A stretch of DNA of 64,000 nucleotides from Ginglymostoma cirratum (lineage: Eukaryota), in assembly GCA_024137785.1 (NCBI GenBank), contig JAHRHZ010000062.1, forward strand, positions 21,132,771 through 21,196,770. Reading direction: 5' to 3'. Both the position numbers and the translations under genes were made by a program. Below are positions 50,563-61,850 of this stretch, piece after piece (position 1 is the first letter of the stretch; each line of letters starts with the position of its first letter). A model generated the notes under the pieces. That model was not told where the DNA came from. It saw only the letters and a program-made list of their open reading frames with translations, and did no database searches.

Positions 50563-53473
50563 GGCATAAGGGCACTTTATCTGAATGCTTGGAGCATTCG
50601 AAACAAGGTGGATGAGTTGACGGTGCAAATCATGGCAAATGGGTATGAGTTAGTGGCCATTACACAGACATGGTTACAGGATGGTCATGACTGGGAGTTA
50701 AATATCCAGGGGTATCAAACTGTTCAGAAGGACAGACAGGAAGGTAAGGGAGGTGGTGTTGCTTTGATTTTTAAGGATGACATCAGGATGGTACTGAGAG
50801 ATGATATAGGTTCTACTGAACAAAACGTTGAATCCATTTGGGTGGAAATTAGGAATAACAGGGAGAAGAAGTCACTGATAGGTGTGATCTATAGACCACC
50901 AAATAATGACATTGTGGTGGGGCGGGCAATAAACATAGAAATAGCTAATGCATGTAAAAATGGTTCAGCAATTATCATGGGGGATTTTAATCTACATATC
51001 AATTGGTCAAACCAGGTTGGTCATGGCAGCCTTGAGGAGGGGTTCATAGAATGCATCAGCGATAATTTTCTTGAACAATATGTAATGGAACCTATGCGGG
51101 AACAAGCTATCCTAGATCTAGTCCTGTGTAATGAGACAGGAATAATTAATGATCTCATAGTTAGGGATCCTCTCGGAAGGAGCGATCACAGTATGGTCGA
51201 ATTTAAAATACAGATGGAGCATGAGAAGGTTAAATCCAGTACCTATGTCCTGTGCTTAAACAAAGGAGACCATGAAGGAATGAGGAAGGAGTTAGCTAAG
51301 GTAGAATGGGAGCAAAAACTTTTTGGTGAGTCAATTGAGGAACAGTGGAGGATTTTCAAAACAATTTTTCACAGCGCTCAGCAGAAGTATATTCCAGTGA
51401 TAAGGAAGAACTGCAGGAAAAGAGACAGCCAGCCATGGATGTCTAAGGAAATAAAGGAAAGTATCAGATTGAAAAAAAAACGTACAAAAAAGCAAAGATT
51501 AGTGGGAAACTAGTAGACTGGGAAATCTTTAAAGGCCAACAGAAAACCACAAAAAAAGTTATAAAGAAAAGTAAGATAGATTATAAGAGTAAACTAGCTC
51601 AGGATATAAAAACAGGCATCAAAAGTTTCTATAAATATGTAAATCATAAAAGAGTGGCGAAGGTAAACATTGGTCCTTTAGAGGATGAGAAGGCCAATTT
51701 AATAACTGGGAATGAGGAAATAGCCGCGACATTAAACAGTCATTTTGTGTCGGTCTTCACAGTGGAAGACACAAATAACATGCCGAAAACTAATGGCAAG
51801 AAGGTTCTAACAGGTGAGGACCTAGAAACTATCATTATCACTAAGGAGGCAGTGCTGGGCAAGCTAATGGGGCTAAAGGTAGACAAGTCTCCTGGCCCTG
51901 ATGAAATGCATCCCAGGGTACTAAAAGAGGTGATGGGGGAAATAGCAAATGCACTAGTAATTATTTACCAAAATTCACTGGACTCTGGGGTGGTTCCCGC
52001 AGATTGGAAAACAGCCAATGTGACACCACTGTTTAAAAAAGGAAGTAGACAAAAAGCCGATAACTATAGGCCAGTTAGCTTAGCTTCTGTAGTGGAGAAA
52101 ATGCTTGAATCTATCATTAAGGAAGAAATAGCAAGACATCTGGATATAAATTGTCCCATTGGGAACACCCAGCATGGGTTCATGAAGGTTAGGTCATGTT
52201 TAACTAATTTGGTGTAATTCTTTGAGGACATTAGTTACATGGTGGACAATGGAGACCTGTGGATGTGGTGTATCTGGATTTCCAGAAGGCATTTGACAAG
52301 GTGCCACACCAAAGGCTGCTACTTAAGATAAAGTTGCATGGTATTACAGGTAATGTGTTGGCATGGATAGGGGATTGGTTGACCAACAGAAAGCAAAGTG
52401 CAGGGGTAAATGGGTGTTTTTCTGGTTGACGGTCAGTGGCTAGTGGTGTGCCTCAGGTGTCAGTGTTCGACCTCAATTGTTTACAATCGACATAGATGAC
52501 TTGGAGTTGGGGACTAAGTGTGGTGTGTCAAAATTTGCAGATGACACTAAGGTGAATGGTAGAGCAAATTGTGCAGAAGACACTGAAAGTTTGCAGAGGG
52601 ATATAGATAGTAAAAGTAAATGGGCAAAAGTCTGGTAGATGGAGTACAATGTTGATAAGTGTGAGATCATCCATTTTGGTAGGAATAACAGCAAAATGGA
52701 CTATGTTTTAAATGGTAAAAAAATTGCAGCACGCAGCTATGCAAAGGGACTTGGGTGTCCTTGTGCATGAATCGCTGAAGGTGGGATTGCAGGTGCAGCA
52801 GGTGATTAAAAAGGCAAATAGAATTTTGTCTGCCATTGCTCGAGGGATGGAGTTTAAAAACAGGGAGGCTATGCTGCAACTGTATAGGGTCTTGGTGAGG
52901 CCACACCTGGAGTACTGTGTGCAGTTTTGGTCTCCTTACTTGAGAAGGGATATACTTGCACTGGAGGGGGTGCAGAGGAGATTCACCCAGTTGATTCCAG
53001 AGTTGAAAGGGTTGGATTATGAGGAGACACTGAGTAGACTGGGATTATACTCATTGGATTCAGAAGAATGAGGGGAGATCTTATAGAAACATATAAGATT
53101 ATGAAGGGAATAGATAAAGTAGAGGCAGGGAGGTTGTTTCCGCTAGCAGGTGAAACTAGGACTAGAGGGCATTGCCTCAAAATAAAGGGAAGCAGATGTA
53201 GGACTGAGGTCAGGAGGAACTTCTTCACCCAAAGGGTTGTGAATCTGTGGAATTCCCTGCCCAGTGAAGTGGTTAAAGCTACCTCGCTGAATGTTTTTAA
53301 GGCAAGGCTAGATAAATTTTTGAACAGTAAAGGAATAAGGGTTATGGTGAGTGGGCGGGTAAGTAGAGCTGAGTCTCAAAGATCAGCCATGATCTTATTA
53401 AATGGCGGGGCAGGCTCGAGGAGCCAGATGGCCTACTCCCGCTTCTTGTTCTTATGCTCTTATGTTCTTATGT
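50563..53473 (+). mobile_element. CR1 LINE, near-complete ORF2 (APE endonuclease and RT) with stops and frameshifts
   Basis: YLNAWSIRNK..GGGV..YRPP..MGDFN..SDH (ORF 50458), KSPGPD..NYRPVSL (51654), KFADDTK (about 52531), RPHLEYCVQFWSP (52712+); (TTCTTATG)n tail at 53449-53473. Confidence 0.95.
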
Positions 53474-54215
53474 TGTTATTTTGCAGGGGGAAAATGTAAA
53501 ATTGTACTATCTAAATGCTGAGAGTTTGCAGAGATCTGAGTTGCAGAGCAAGTTGGCTGTCCTTGTGTATGAATCACAAAAGGTTAGCATTCAGGTACAG
53601 CAAGTAGTTAGGAAAACTAAAAGAATGTTAATTTTTATCATGAGAATAATTGAATAGAAGAGTAGGGAGGTTATACTTCAGTTACTCAGGGCTCTGGTGA
53701 ACTGCATCTGGAGCAGATTAGTTGCCTTATTTAAGAAATTAATTGGAGACAGTTCAAAGAAGGTTTGCTAGACTAATACATGACAAAAGATAGTTGTGTC
53801 ATGAGGAAAAGTTGGACAGGTTAGTCTTGTGCCTGCTGGAAATTAGAAATATAAGGAGTGAATTGCTTGAAACATACAAGATCTTAGGGGGTCTTGACAG
53901 GGTAGATATAATGTTTCTTATTGTGGGAGAATCTAGAAATCGGGATCACTGCTCAAAAATCAGGGATCTCCCGTTTAAAACAGAGATTAGATTAATGGGT
54001 TTGTCTCTGAGTCTTTGAAAATCCCTTCCCGAAAATGTGGTGGAAGCAGAATCCTTGAATATTTTTTGAGGCAGAGGTAGAAAGACTGTGGTGAAGCAAG
54101 AAGTTGATGAGGTAGACAGAAATGTAGATTTGAGCTTACAGCCAAATGAGCCCAAGACCTCATTGCAGCGCAAAGCAGTCTGGAGGGACTTAAAGGCCTA
54201 TTCCTGCTCATTGTT
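53474..54215 (+). mobile_element. Older CR1 RT 3' portion
   Basis: LVYESQKVSIQVQQVVRK; EEKLDRL..LLETYKILGGLDRVD..ESRNRDH. Confidence 0.8.
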
Positions 54216-56039
54216 CGTTTGTTGCTATCATCGTACAGGAACAACACACACAAACACAAGAATTTATATAGGCCATTCCTCATCTTGACTCTGTTCTGCC
54301 ATTGAATTTCATCATGCCTAATTGCTCACAAATTCCAAAAATCTGTTCAAGGTTAGTTGTGGGGAAATTCTTGCTGGTATGAGGTGCAGATCCGAATCAT
54401 CACATTATTTGATCTTGCCTGGTGCAAAGTGATTGGGATTTTTCTTTTTCCTCTCTGTCCTCCCTCTGTTTTTATTCCATGCCTCACCAATTGTGATCCC
54501 GATAGGGAAGGTCCAGCATTAACATGGAACATTCCTCGCCTAAACTTCACAAAATGGAAACAACTTTGCAATTTCCAAGCCAGTAGTTACTTCAATGGAA
54601 CAGGTCAATTGGGCTTGGTGAGTATTTCCACAGTGTTGTCTGCTGAACATGTCCAACTGCCTAATAATTCCGCTTGTTGAAATAGATTGAAAGCAAACTG
54701 CAATCTATCGTATTGTTACTGCCAGTAACTTAATGGGGCAGCTCGGGGAGTTCATTATGTCCTTCTGTGGCTTGGTTTTGTTTTATTAAAACATCCATCA
54801 CTAGTTTTCTGCCCAAATGTTAGCACCGTAAGTTGCATGATGTGTGCAGAGTTCCATCTGGTTGTTGTTGGAGGAGCCTCCTGTTGCTTTGGCCAAGGTA
54901 GATTCTAAATTATTCATATACGGCCATGCATTAAGAGATTAGTTGAATGATGACAACAAAAAAAAAGGTTCGCCTCATTTCAAAGTTCGGAGTTAGTTGA
55001 GATCCGAAGCAGTGTACGCTTGGCCGTGATGAATAACACCACTTTTTTAGTCGAACTCGTTTTATTTTGTTTTTTTTTCTTAAGTGTGCAATGATTTGCT
55101 TTGCGGCCCCGTGTGTTTTGAAAACGTGTCTATTCGGGGAAAGTATCTTGCGCGGTTGTAGGAGCCTTGTGATGGGACGTTGATCCTGACACTGAATTGA
55201 ATTTCAGGCGTGAAGAGGCGAACAAGCGGACTGTCTAAAAAAACTTGAAGTTTCATTTCTTGAAAGTGAATTGCCCTGACCGAGCAGAGGGGGAGAAACG
55301 GGGGACTTCTGCAACTCGAAATGTTGCTAGAAGCAATCTGCCTATTAGCCGGCACAACGCTACCAGCCCGATCTTTGGAACAAAGCTCTTCTGGTAAGGT
55401 AGCTAAACAACTACTTCGCAGAGTAACATTTTACTTGATGTGTAATACAATGATCAACTTTCGACACATTTTGATCCGGTCGCCAAAGTTGTGCTTTCTG
55501 TTAGATTGACAGGTACCTCACATTGGGGTAATTTAAATAGAGCCAATGCCATTTTAACAAGGGAAGGAGGCAAAGCGCTAGCGTTCCAGGTTGAAGCAAC
55601 ACACACATGCCCCCCGCGCCCCTCTGAAACGGGATTCCAATTTTTTTTTAAAGTTCCTCCTGGCAGTTTCACTCTTTTTCAGGTTGTTCTAACTAAACTC
55701 GCAGTATCATTGCTTGGTTCACGATTGAGTGCTTCTTAAACGTCTATTTCAATTAGAAAATAATAGGGTCATTACGTCAAACATGACTGTTGCTGGGCAA
55801 ACATTTCTCTTTGCGAGGAGGTCGGATTCAGTCAGTAGAAGAGGTTTCGTTTCATTTCATACTGGCTGCAATTTCTCCACGATTATGTGCATTCGCACCG
55901 AAAAGAAATCTAATTGATAATAATTTAAAATTCCATCTCCTCGCTGACTTTAGAGAGCCACCTCGCTCCCGTACAATTTAGTGACATGCTGCGGGTCGCT
56001 GTCCAAAGATCTAGTGCTGAACAACAACGAGCCTGACCC

Positions 56040-56165
56040 AAAAGCAAAGATACTGCAGGCGTTAGAAATTCGAAAGATAAACAGGAGGTTGAGAATCCTC
56101 ATCGGTTCAGGCAGGATGAGTGGAGAAAACGAATAGAGTTAACGTTTTCGGGTTAGTCAGAAACA
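56040..56165 (-). mobile_element. Subfamily-B hammerhead element (diverged)
   Basis: ATACTGCAGGCGTTAGAAAT...GAGTTAACGTTTTCGGG is the reverse of CCCGAAAACGTTAACTC. Confidence 0.55.
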
Positions 56166-56242
56166 GTTCTGAAGTGCTTATTCTGAGAGTAGCACTGAGA
56201 GGAACAGGAATCCAGACACGGCGCGTCTCCATTTCTCTCGTA

Positions 56243-56417
56243 AAAACCGAAAGAATTGCGGATGCCGTAAATCAGGAACAAGAACAGAAGTTTGTTGGAA
56301 AAGCTCAGCAGGTCTAGCAGCATCTATGAGGAAAAATCAGGGTTAACGTCCCGGGTCCGGTCACCCTTCCTCGGAAAAGTTCTGCTGCGCTTTTCCAGCA
56401 ACTTCTGTATTTGTTCA
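56243..56417 (-). mobile_element. Subfamily-B hammerhead element with an inverted arm
   Basis: Reverse core TTCCGAGGA-A-GGGT-GACCGG-ACCC-GGGA-CGTT-AAC; GAACAAGAACAGAAGTTTGTTGGAAAAGC is inverted as GCTTTTCCAGCAACTTCTGTATTTGTTC. Confidence 0.75.
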
Positions 56418-57377
56418 GTTTTTTCTCATCACTAACCACACCATGCCGTGAACATCGTCGTAGAGTCATGTGCGGTACAGAAAAAGGCCCTTCGGCCCTT
56501 CGCGTCCGCGCCGGTCAAAAACAACCACATAACTATTCTAACCTGTTCTAATCTTCAATATGCTATAAATACGATATATTTTGTGTTTCTGCGCTTGGCA
56601 ACAGGTAGATTATCCTTGTGATTTGTATCTCTTTCTCTATTTTACCGACTCCTATTTCCCCTGAAGTTCATTATTTTCTGCTGCATTTAGCGACCCTTCC
56701 CTGAGGGTTGTATCAGACATCTGGGCGCCCCTGAATTTCTACTGGATCGCTTTGCTCATCTGTGAATTGCCAACTTGCGCCTGTTAAATTCTATCAAACG
56801 TTACTAAAGTAAAGCCCTTGTTAGAAATTGCAGTCCCGCTTAAATCTAGATCCTATGCATCATATAACGCCTGAGGAGAGTGGTGTAGGAACTGGACCAT
56901 TCTCGTTTTAGTTGGAGAGAGATTTTGAACAGGAGAAAAGTGCACTGAAATAACTATTGAGAGTACAAGTCGACTGGATAAGGAATATAAGCCTCCGCCC
57001 CACCCTTTGCTTGCCACTTCCTTGGCGTCTGAGCAAACTTTATTACGAGGGGCCAAAATTCCTCTGGGATCTGCGGAGGAAGGAACTGCAGATAAACCGC
57101 ACCGAGTAATTAGCACGGCGTTTTAAGGCGGGCAGCTTTGCAAATCCCCAGCGAACACATCTGCTAAATGATAGCTAGCAGCCGAGCAGTGGAAGCCATT
57201 TATCGCCAACGTACGTGAGCAGCTCACACCCGGCGCTGATGGACAGGGGCCACTGAGTAGGATTCAGACATGGGCCGGGTTGTACCTCCCTTGCCGCACT
57301 GATCATATCAACACAATCACTGTCTCCGGCGGCTCAGGGAGACGTTTGGCTGGTCGGGTGAGGTGCAGCTTTGAGAA

Positions 57378-57387
57378 ACACACACAG

Positions 57388-57424
<37 letters not shown>
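57378..57424. repeat. (CA)n microsatellite in the promoter/5' leader
   Basis: Directly visible, about 190 bp upstream of the ATG. Confidence 0.95.
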
Positions 57425-57425
<1 letters not shown>

Positions 57426-57493
57426 TCCCAGCTTGGCAGGGGTGCGGTTAGAAGCGCTCAGCTTGCCGAGAGCAGGAGGGGGTATGAATCCAT

Positions 57494-57514
57494 GCAGCTG
57501 TCCACGGTGCTGAA
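57494..57514 (-). promoter_or_regulatory. RE1/NRSE (REST binding site)
   Basis: Reverse strand TTCAGCACCGTGGACAGCTGC against consensus TTCAGCACCnnGGACAGCGCC: 17 of 19 defined positions match, with the canonical 2-nt spacer. Confidence 0.85.
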
Positions 57515-57615
57515 GCTTTGAAGCCGGGGTGTGCGGTCGATAAGGAGAAGGAGCTCCTCTTCCTACGTCCTGTGGAGCGGCCGTTGAGCCCCATTCAGAA
57601 GGATGTTGATGGGAA

Positions 57616-57763
57616 ATGACCGGAGACAGAGAGGACGAGCTTTGTCAGAAAGCGCTCAATATAGTAACCGAACTCTGCTTTAAAGGACTGGTGGAACACG
57701 AAAGCTGTCTGGATTTTTCCTACTATCTCCGGGATCGAGGCCGCCCACGCCACACAGATTCAG
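57616..57763 (+). CDS. SYT9: Synaptotagmin-9, first coding exon (luminal N-terminus with three-Cys motif); gene continues beyond the window
   Basis: MTGDREDELCQKALNIVTELCFKGLVEHESCLDFSYYLRDRGRPRHTDS+G resembles remembered human SYT9 MPGARDALCHQALQLLAELCARGALEHDSCQDFIYHLRDRARPRLRDP|DISVSLL. The phase-1 donor CAG|GTACAA at 57763/57764 falls where the D of DISVS is expected. Paralog SYT10 is the main alternative. Confidence 0.85.
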
Positions 57764-60700
57764 GTACAACGTTGTTTCCTATTTGCTTTGAGTTAGAAGT
57801 GGGGCAAATTTTTATCTCGCTGCACGTGCGAATGAATACGTGAACCCTTGAATTATGAATGTGTTCAACTGTTAGGAATGTCCACGTACACCACCACCCC
57901 CACTCTGTGAATTCTCTCAGAGACAAGTGAGAGCGAATGACAGGAGATTGTCATTTAGGTGATGATTTAGTTCACTGAATCTTGGCATTTAGAATCGCAG
58001 CACCCGAAGAGAGGGATTGCAGTTCCCATCTGGGTTGATCTCTAGTTAAGCAACAGACTTGACCGAGTGACTACCACCAAGTGTTGCTTCATAAAGTTTA
58101 TACGGCTGTGAACTAGAGGACAGCTATCGGCAGCTGCTGGTTTAGATGAAATTTCACATAACTATCTGAATTTACTTATTATCGTGGAATCGAATAAATA
58201 AATATAACATAATAAAACCTAGCGTACAAATTCACTGGAAGAAAGTAGCATTCGAAACACTGTAGAAATGGTGCAAAAAATGTAGGTCATTCACTGACGC
58301 ATCGCTCCAATTACTAATCGTTTTAAAACTACCCCTATCCTATCCAGACTGGGAGTGAGAAAAAAACATTGGTTGCGTTTTAAATTGGTTGTGCTTTCGG
58401 ATGAAAAGTCAGGATAATGATGCACTGCTGCTATCATTAACCCTGTTTAACTGCGACCATGTTAAACTGGCTTTGCCATACCTGCTGCTGCTGTTTGTTT
58501 TCAAACATCCTACGCCAGACTCACAGGCCGCTGCCGAGTCTTCAGACGTAATCGATAGTCGAGCGGTTTAAATAAAAATTCCACCAGGCATGTTGTGCTT
58601 GTTTTACAAACTAGTAGAGTGGCTGGATCCTCGCCCAGACGAGAGAGAGAGTCAACTGCGGGAAATGTAATAAATTTCAGTTCCAAAGTTGGAGCCAAAA
58701 CTATTCACTGTGTGCATTCATTTACGTTTTGCAGCTACATTCTATGTTAAACCAGCCTTGATTTATTCGTGAGCGCGAGTCTTAGTATTAATTTAGTTAT
58801 AGCTTTATGTATGGTCACCACGCCCTATTATTTGGCAGTTTGATTTTCCTAACGTGCATATCACGGAAAAAAAATGTTACTGATGTGAATGACAAATCAA
58901 GATCTTAGTTATTACTTTATGTGATGATCGGGTTTATGCATTTCGAGGGAAAGCTGGTTTGTTACAATAGGTTCTGAGGCTTGTAATCCTTTGTGCTGTA
59001 TATAGAATTGCATTGACATGAAGTATATAAAATATGTTCTGTAAGTATAATCAACTGTCCCTTGAAATTAAATGATTTTGGCTTTCTGCGAGTGTAGTCG
59101 TCATTTTCTTTTTGGTAAATTGTACACAGCAAATGCATCATTATAGCAACAGTAAATGCTTTGGGGTGAGGAATTGGATGATGAGAGCTTTTATTGCCAT
59201 AGTTTCACTTCTGGCATCCAGCTTTGAATCCAGCTCAGAGATATTAAACTAAATTAATCTGTGTCATTGGTAATCCACTTCCTGGTTGGTGCTGGTGAAA
59301 ATTACACTGGCACTAATTTGTCAGGAATATAACAGGACATGATAGGAATGGTTGGCCTATGAATTAAAGAAAAGAATCATTGATGCAGCAGGTTTTTTTT
59401 ATTGTTTTTTATTGTTTTTTATTGCTGGCAAAGTATAAGCTCAGTCAAGTGATACTTCAGTAATCTTGAGTGCTTTGCCTGCAAAAGCAGTGGAAGCAGA
59501 TTCTAAGGCAACTTTAAAATACAATACAACAACAACTTATACTTATATTGCACGTTTAGTGTAACAAAATTTCCCATAATTCGATTGCAGGGGCAGTAAG
59601 CGCAATTAATGTCACTGAATCACATAAGGAGCTATGAAGTCAGATGACAAAAAAAGCTGGGTCAAAGTGTTAGGTTAAAATAATGTGTTAAAGGAGGTTA
59701 GTGAGGTAGAGTCAGTGAGGTATAAGAAGTTATTCCAGAGCTTGTGTCTCAAATGACTGAACTGAATATGTATTTAGGAGGAGAATTGCATGGCGCAATG
59801 GAGAAAGAGCAAGGGAGTGGGACTTTTGACTAGTTCTTTCAAAGTACAATGGGCTGAATGGCTATCTTCTGTGTTCCCACATTCTATTTAGGAATGGAGT
59901 ACTGGCTGTTTACAATTTTACAGATAATGCATTTTCTTTTTAAAGTTGGACATTACTCATGCCCGTGAGGTTTCTTTACTCAATAGCATTGACATTGGTT
60001 CTTGTATCTGCGGTCCGGCTTCCTGTTTATGCTGGCTTCTCACCTGTGTCTTTGGGATTTTGTGCCTTAAGAACTGAATTGATTTTGATGATCTCCTATG
60101 ATAAAGTTAATCTTTTCCTCATTGGACTTAATCTGTGTCACTTCTGGACTTTATTTTCTTTCAATATTTGAATGGTTTTCTGTAAAGTCAAATCATCTTT
60201 TGACAGTAATAAATCCAAATCATCCACAATTCCAATAATTCTGTCTCTTATGAATTCTGAATCCAAAGCTCCACATTCACATTTTTCTCTAGATCTGTTG
60301 ACCCTAAGGAAATATACTATGGCATTCCCTGGACACTAAAATCTTCTGGTACATCCTGCTTGTTCAAGAACTGTATTTGTTCTAAGATTAAAGTGGTTGT
60401 CTGAAGCTTACAGAACTTCACCAAAATGTCCATTATTTCTTTTGTGCTTGGTGAGGTATAAAGTCATTAGCTTTCATTCCAGTTGAACACAAAAGTAAAT
60501 TTACTTGTCATGTTTCTGTTTGATGTCTAGTTTGAAAGCAATTCTGTACTTTAAGAACTGGTTTCTCCAAGATGTCCAATTCTGAGTTTTATTTAGCCCA
60601 ACTCTGAAATGAAACATTCCTAACAATATTATTTTTGTTACAATGTCTTCAAAATTGATCATTTATTTTCCCTTTTTAAAGGCTTTTGATTCTGATTATC

Positions 60701-61574
60701 TCAATGTTGCTATACCTGCTTATGTTAATTGATTTCAACTGTACAGTTTAGCAATACTGCTACCAGATGCTGTTGTAATAGAGGGTTTTTCCACACTGAT
60801 GGAGTCAAAATAGTGGCTTTGCAACATTCCAATAATGTGACCCTTTTTAAAATTATTTTTATGGCCATTGATTTCTTTTATTGTAGTGCTTTGTGGTGTC
60901 TGCTATAAGCATGGCAGAGCACACTCTGACCTGTAAGTGTTTCATTTACTTCCTGGCATTCTCAGCCTGTATCTATGTGTGTGTGGTTTTTTTTTTAAGT
61001 TTCCCCACCAGAAATTAATATGTTACTCATGAATCCCCGAATGTCCTGACTGAAACCTGAATCAGGACTATGACTATAGTTTAGCAGCAACTGATGCAAT
61101 CTGTAACTACCAAGTGTGATTAGTCTTCCAGCTCCATGTAGCTTCTAACTCACACTTGTTTCTGTATGACTCTTACTAGGACTGAGATGCTTTCTTGTTG
61201 ACTTTTCCCATCAGTTATTCTTCTGCAGGTTTTTGAATGCTCAACCTGCCCAGCTGTTGAAAGTCAGCATAAGCATCCTTCTTAAAGTTATGTCTGAAGA
61301 TTTCTCTGGGGGCACTGGAAATTGTGCCACAGCTCACCGTGTCACATGATGGTTGGTTGCCACCATCCTTTTGTGAAAGTTATGGCAAGTCAACTTTCTG
61401 CTGCCATCTCCCTTCAAGGTTTGAATCTAAAGAGTTTGATTGTTCTGATGTGGTAGAGGAAAACCACTTGGTAGTTTACTATGAAGAGGCTCTTGTCTCA
61501 AACAAGGTGTAGCTTTGGCATAATAGCAAGCAGATACATGTTACACTGATAAAGTAGACATTGCTAGTAAGATA

Positions 61575-61850
61575 ATGAGGGAGACCCATATTAGCTTGCA
61601 AGTGCAGCATGTAGTTAAGAAGGCAACTGGAATTTTGGCCTTTATTGCCAGGGGATTGTAGTTAAAAAACAGGAAAGACTTGGTGCAAGTGTGCAGGGTA
61701 TTAGTGAGGCCACACACAGAGTACTGTGTACAATCTTTGATCCAGTATTTTAAAAGTTATAAACTGATAATGGAGGTAGTTCTGCAGAGATTTGCTGGAC
61801 TGATTCCTGGAATAAAGGAGTTATTTTATCAAGGAAGGCTAGACATTTTC
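61575..61850 (+). mobile_element. CR1 RT fragment in intron 1
   Basis: QVQHVVKKATGILAFIARG; RVLVRPHTEYCVQ..RFAGLIPGIKEL. Confidence 0.8.

Larger units (their letters stand above)
54950..58800. promoter_or_regulatory. CpG-island-like promoter region of the synaptotagmin gene
   Basis: CpG density is visibly much higher than in the rest of the window. The region surrounds exon 1 and has a GC box (CTCCGCCCCACCC) at about 56993-57005. Not quantified. Confidence 0.75.

Noticed and set aside
57228-57251. Second RE1-like sequence (CGGCGCTGATGGACAGGGGCC)
   Set aside because: Only the GGACAG half matches; the left half-site is poor.
57764-57843. Continuation of the 75-aa ORF (GTTLFPICFELEVGQ...) as part of the protein
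   Set aside because: Synaptotagmin similarity ends at a GT donor in the expected phase; the rest is intron read-through.
59393-59424. (ATTGTTTTTT)x3 tandem repeat
   Set aside because: Simple slippage repeat with no further structure.
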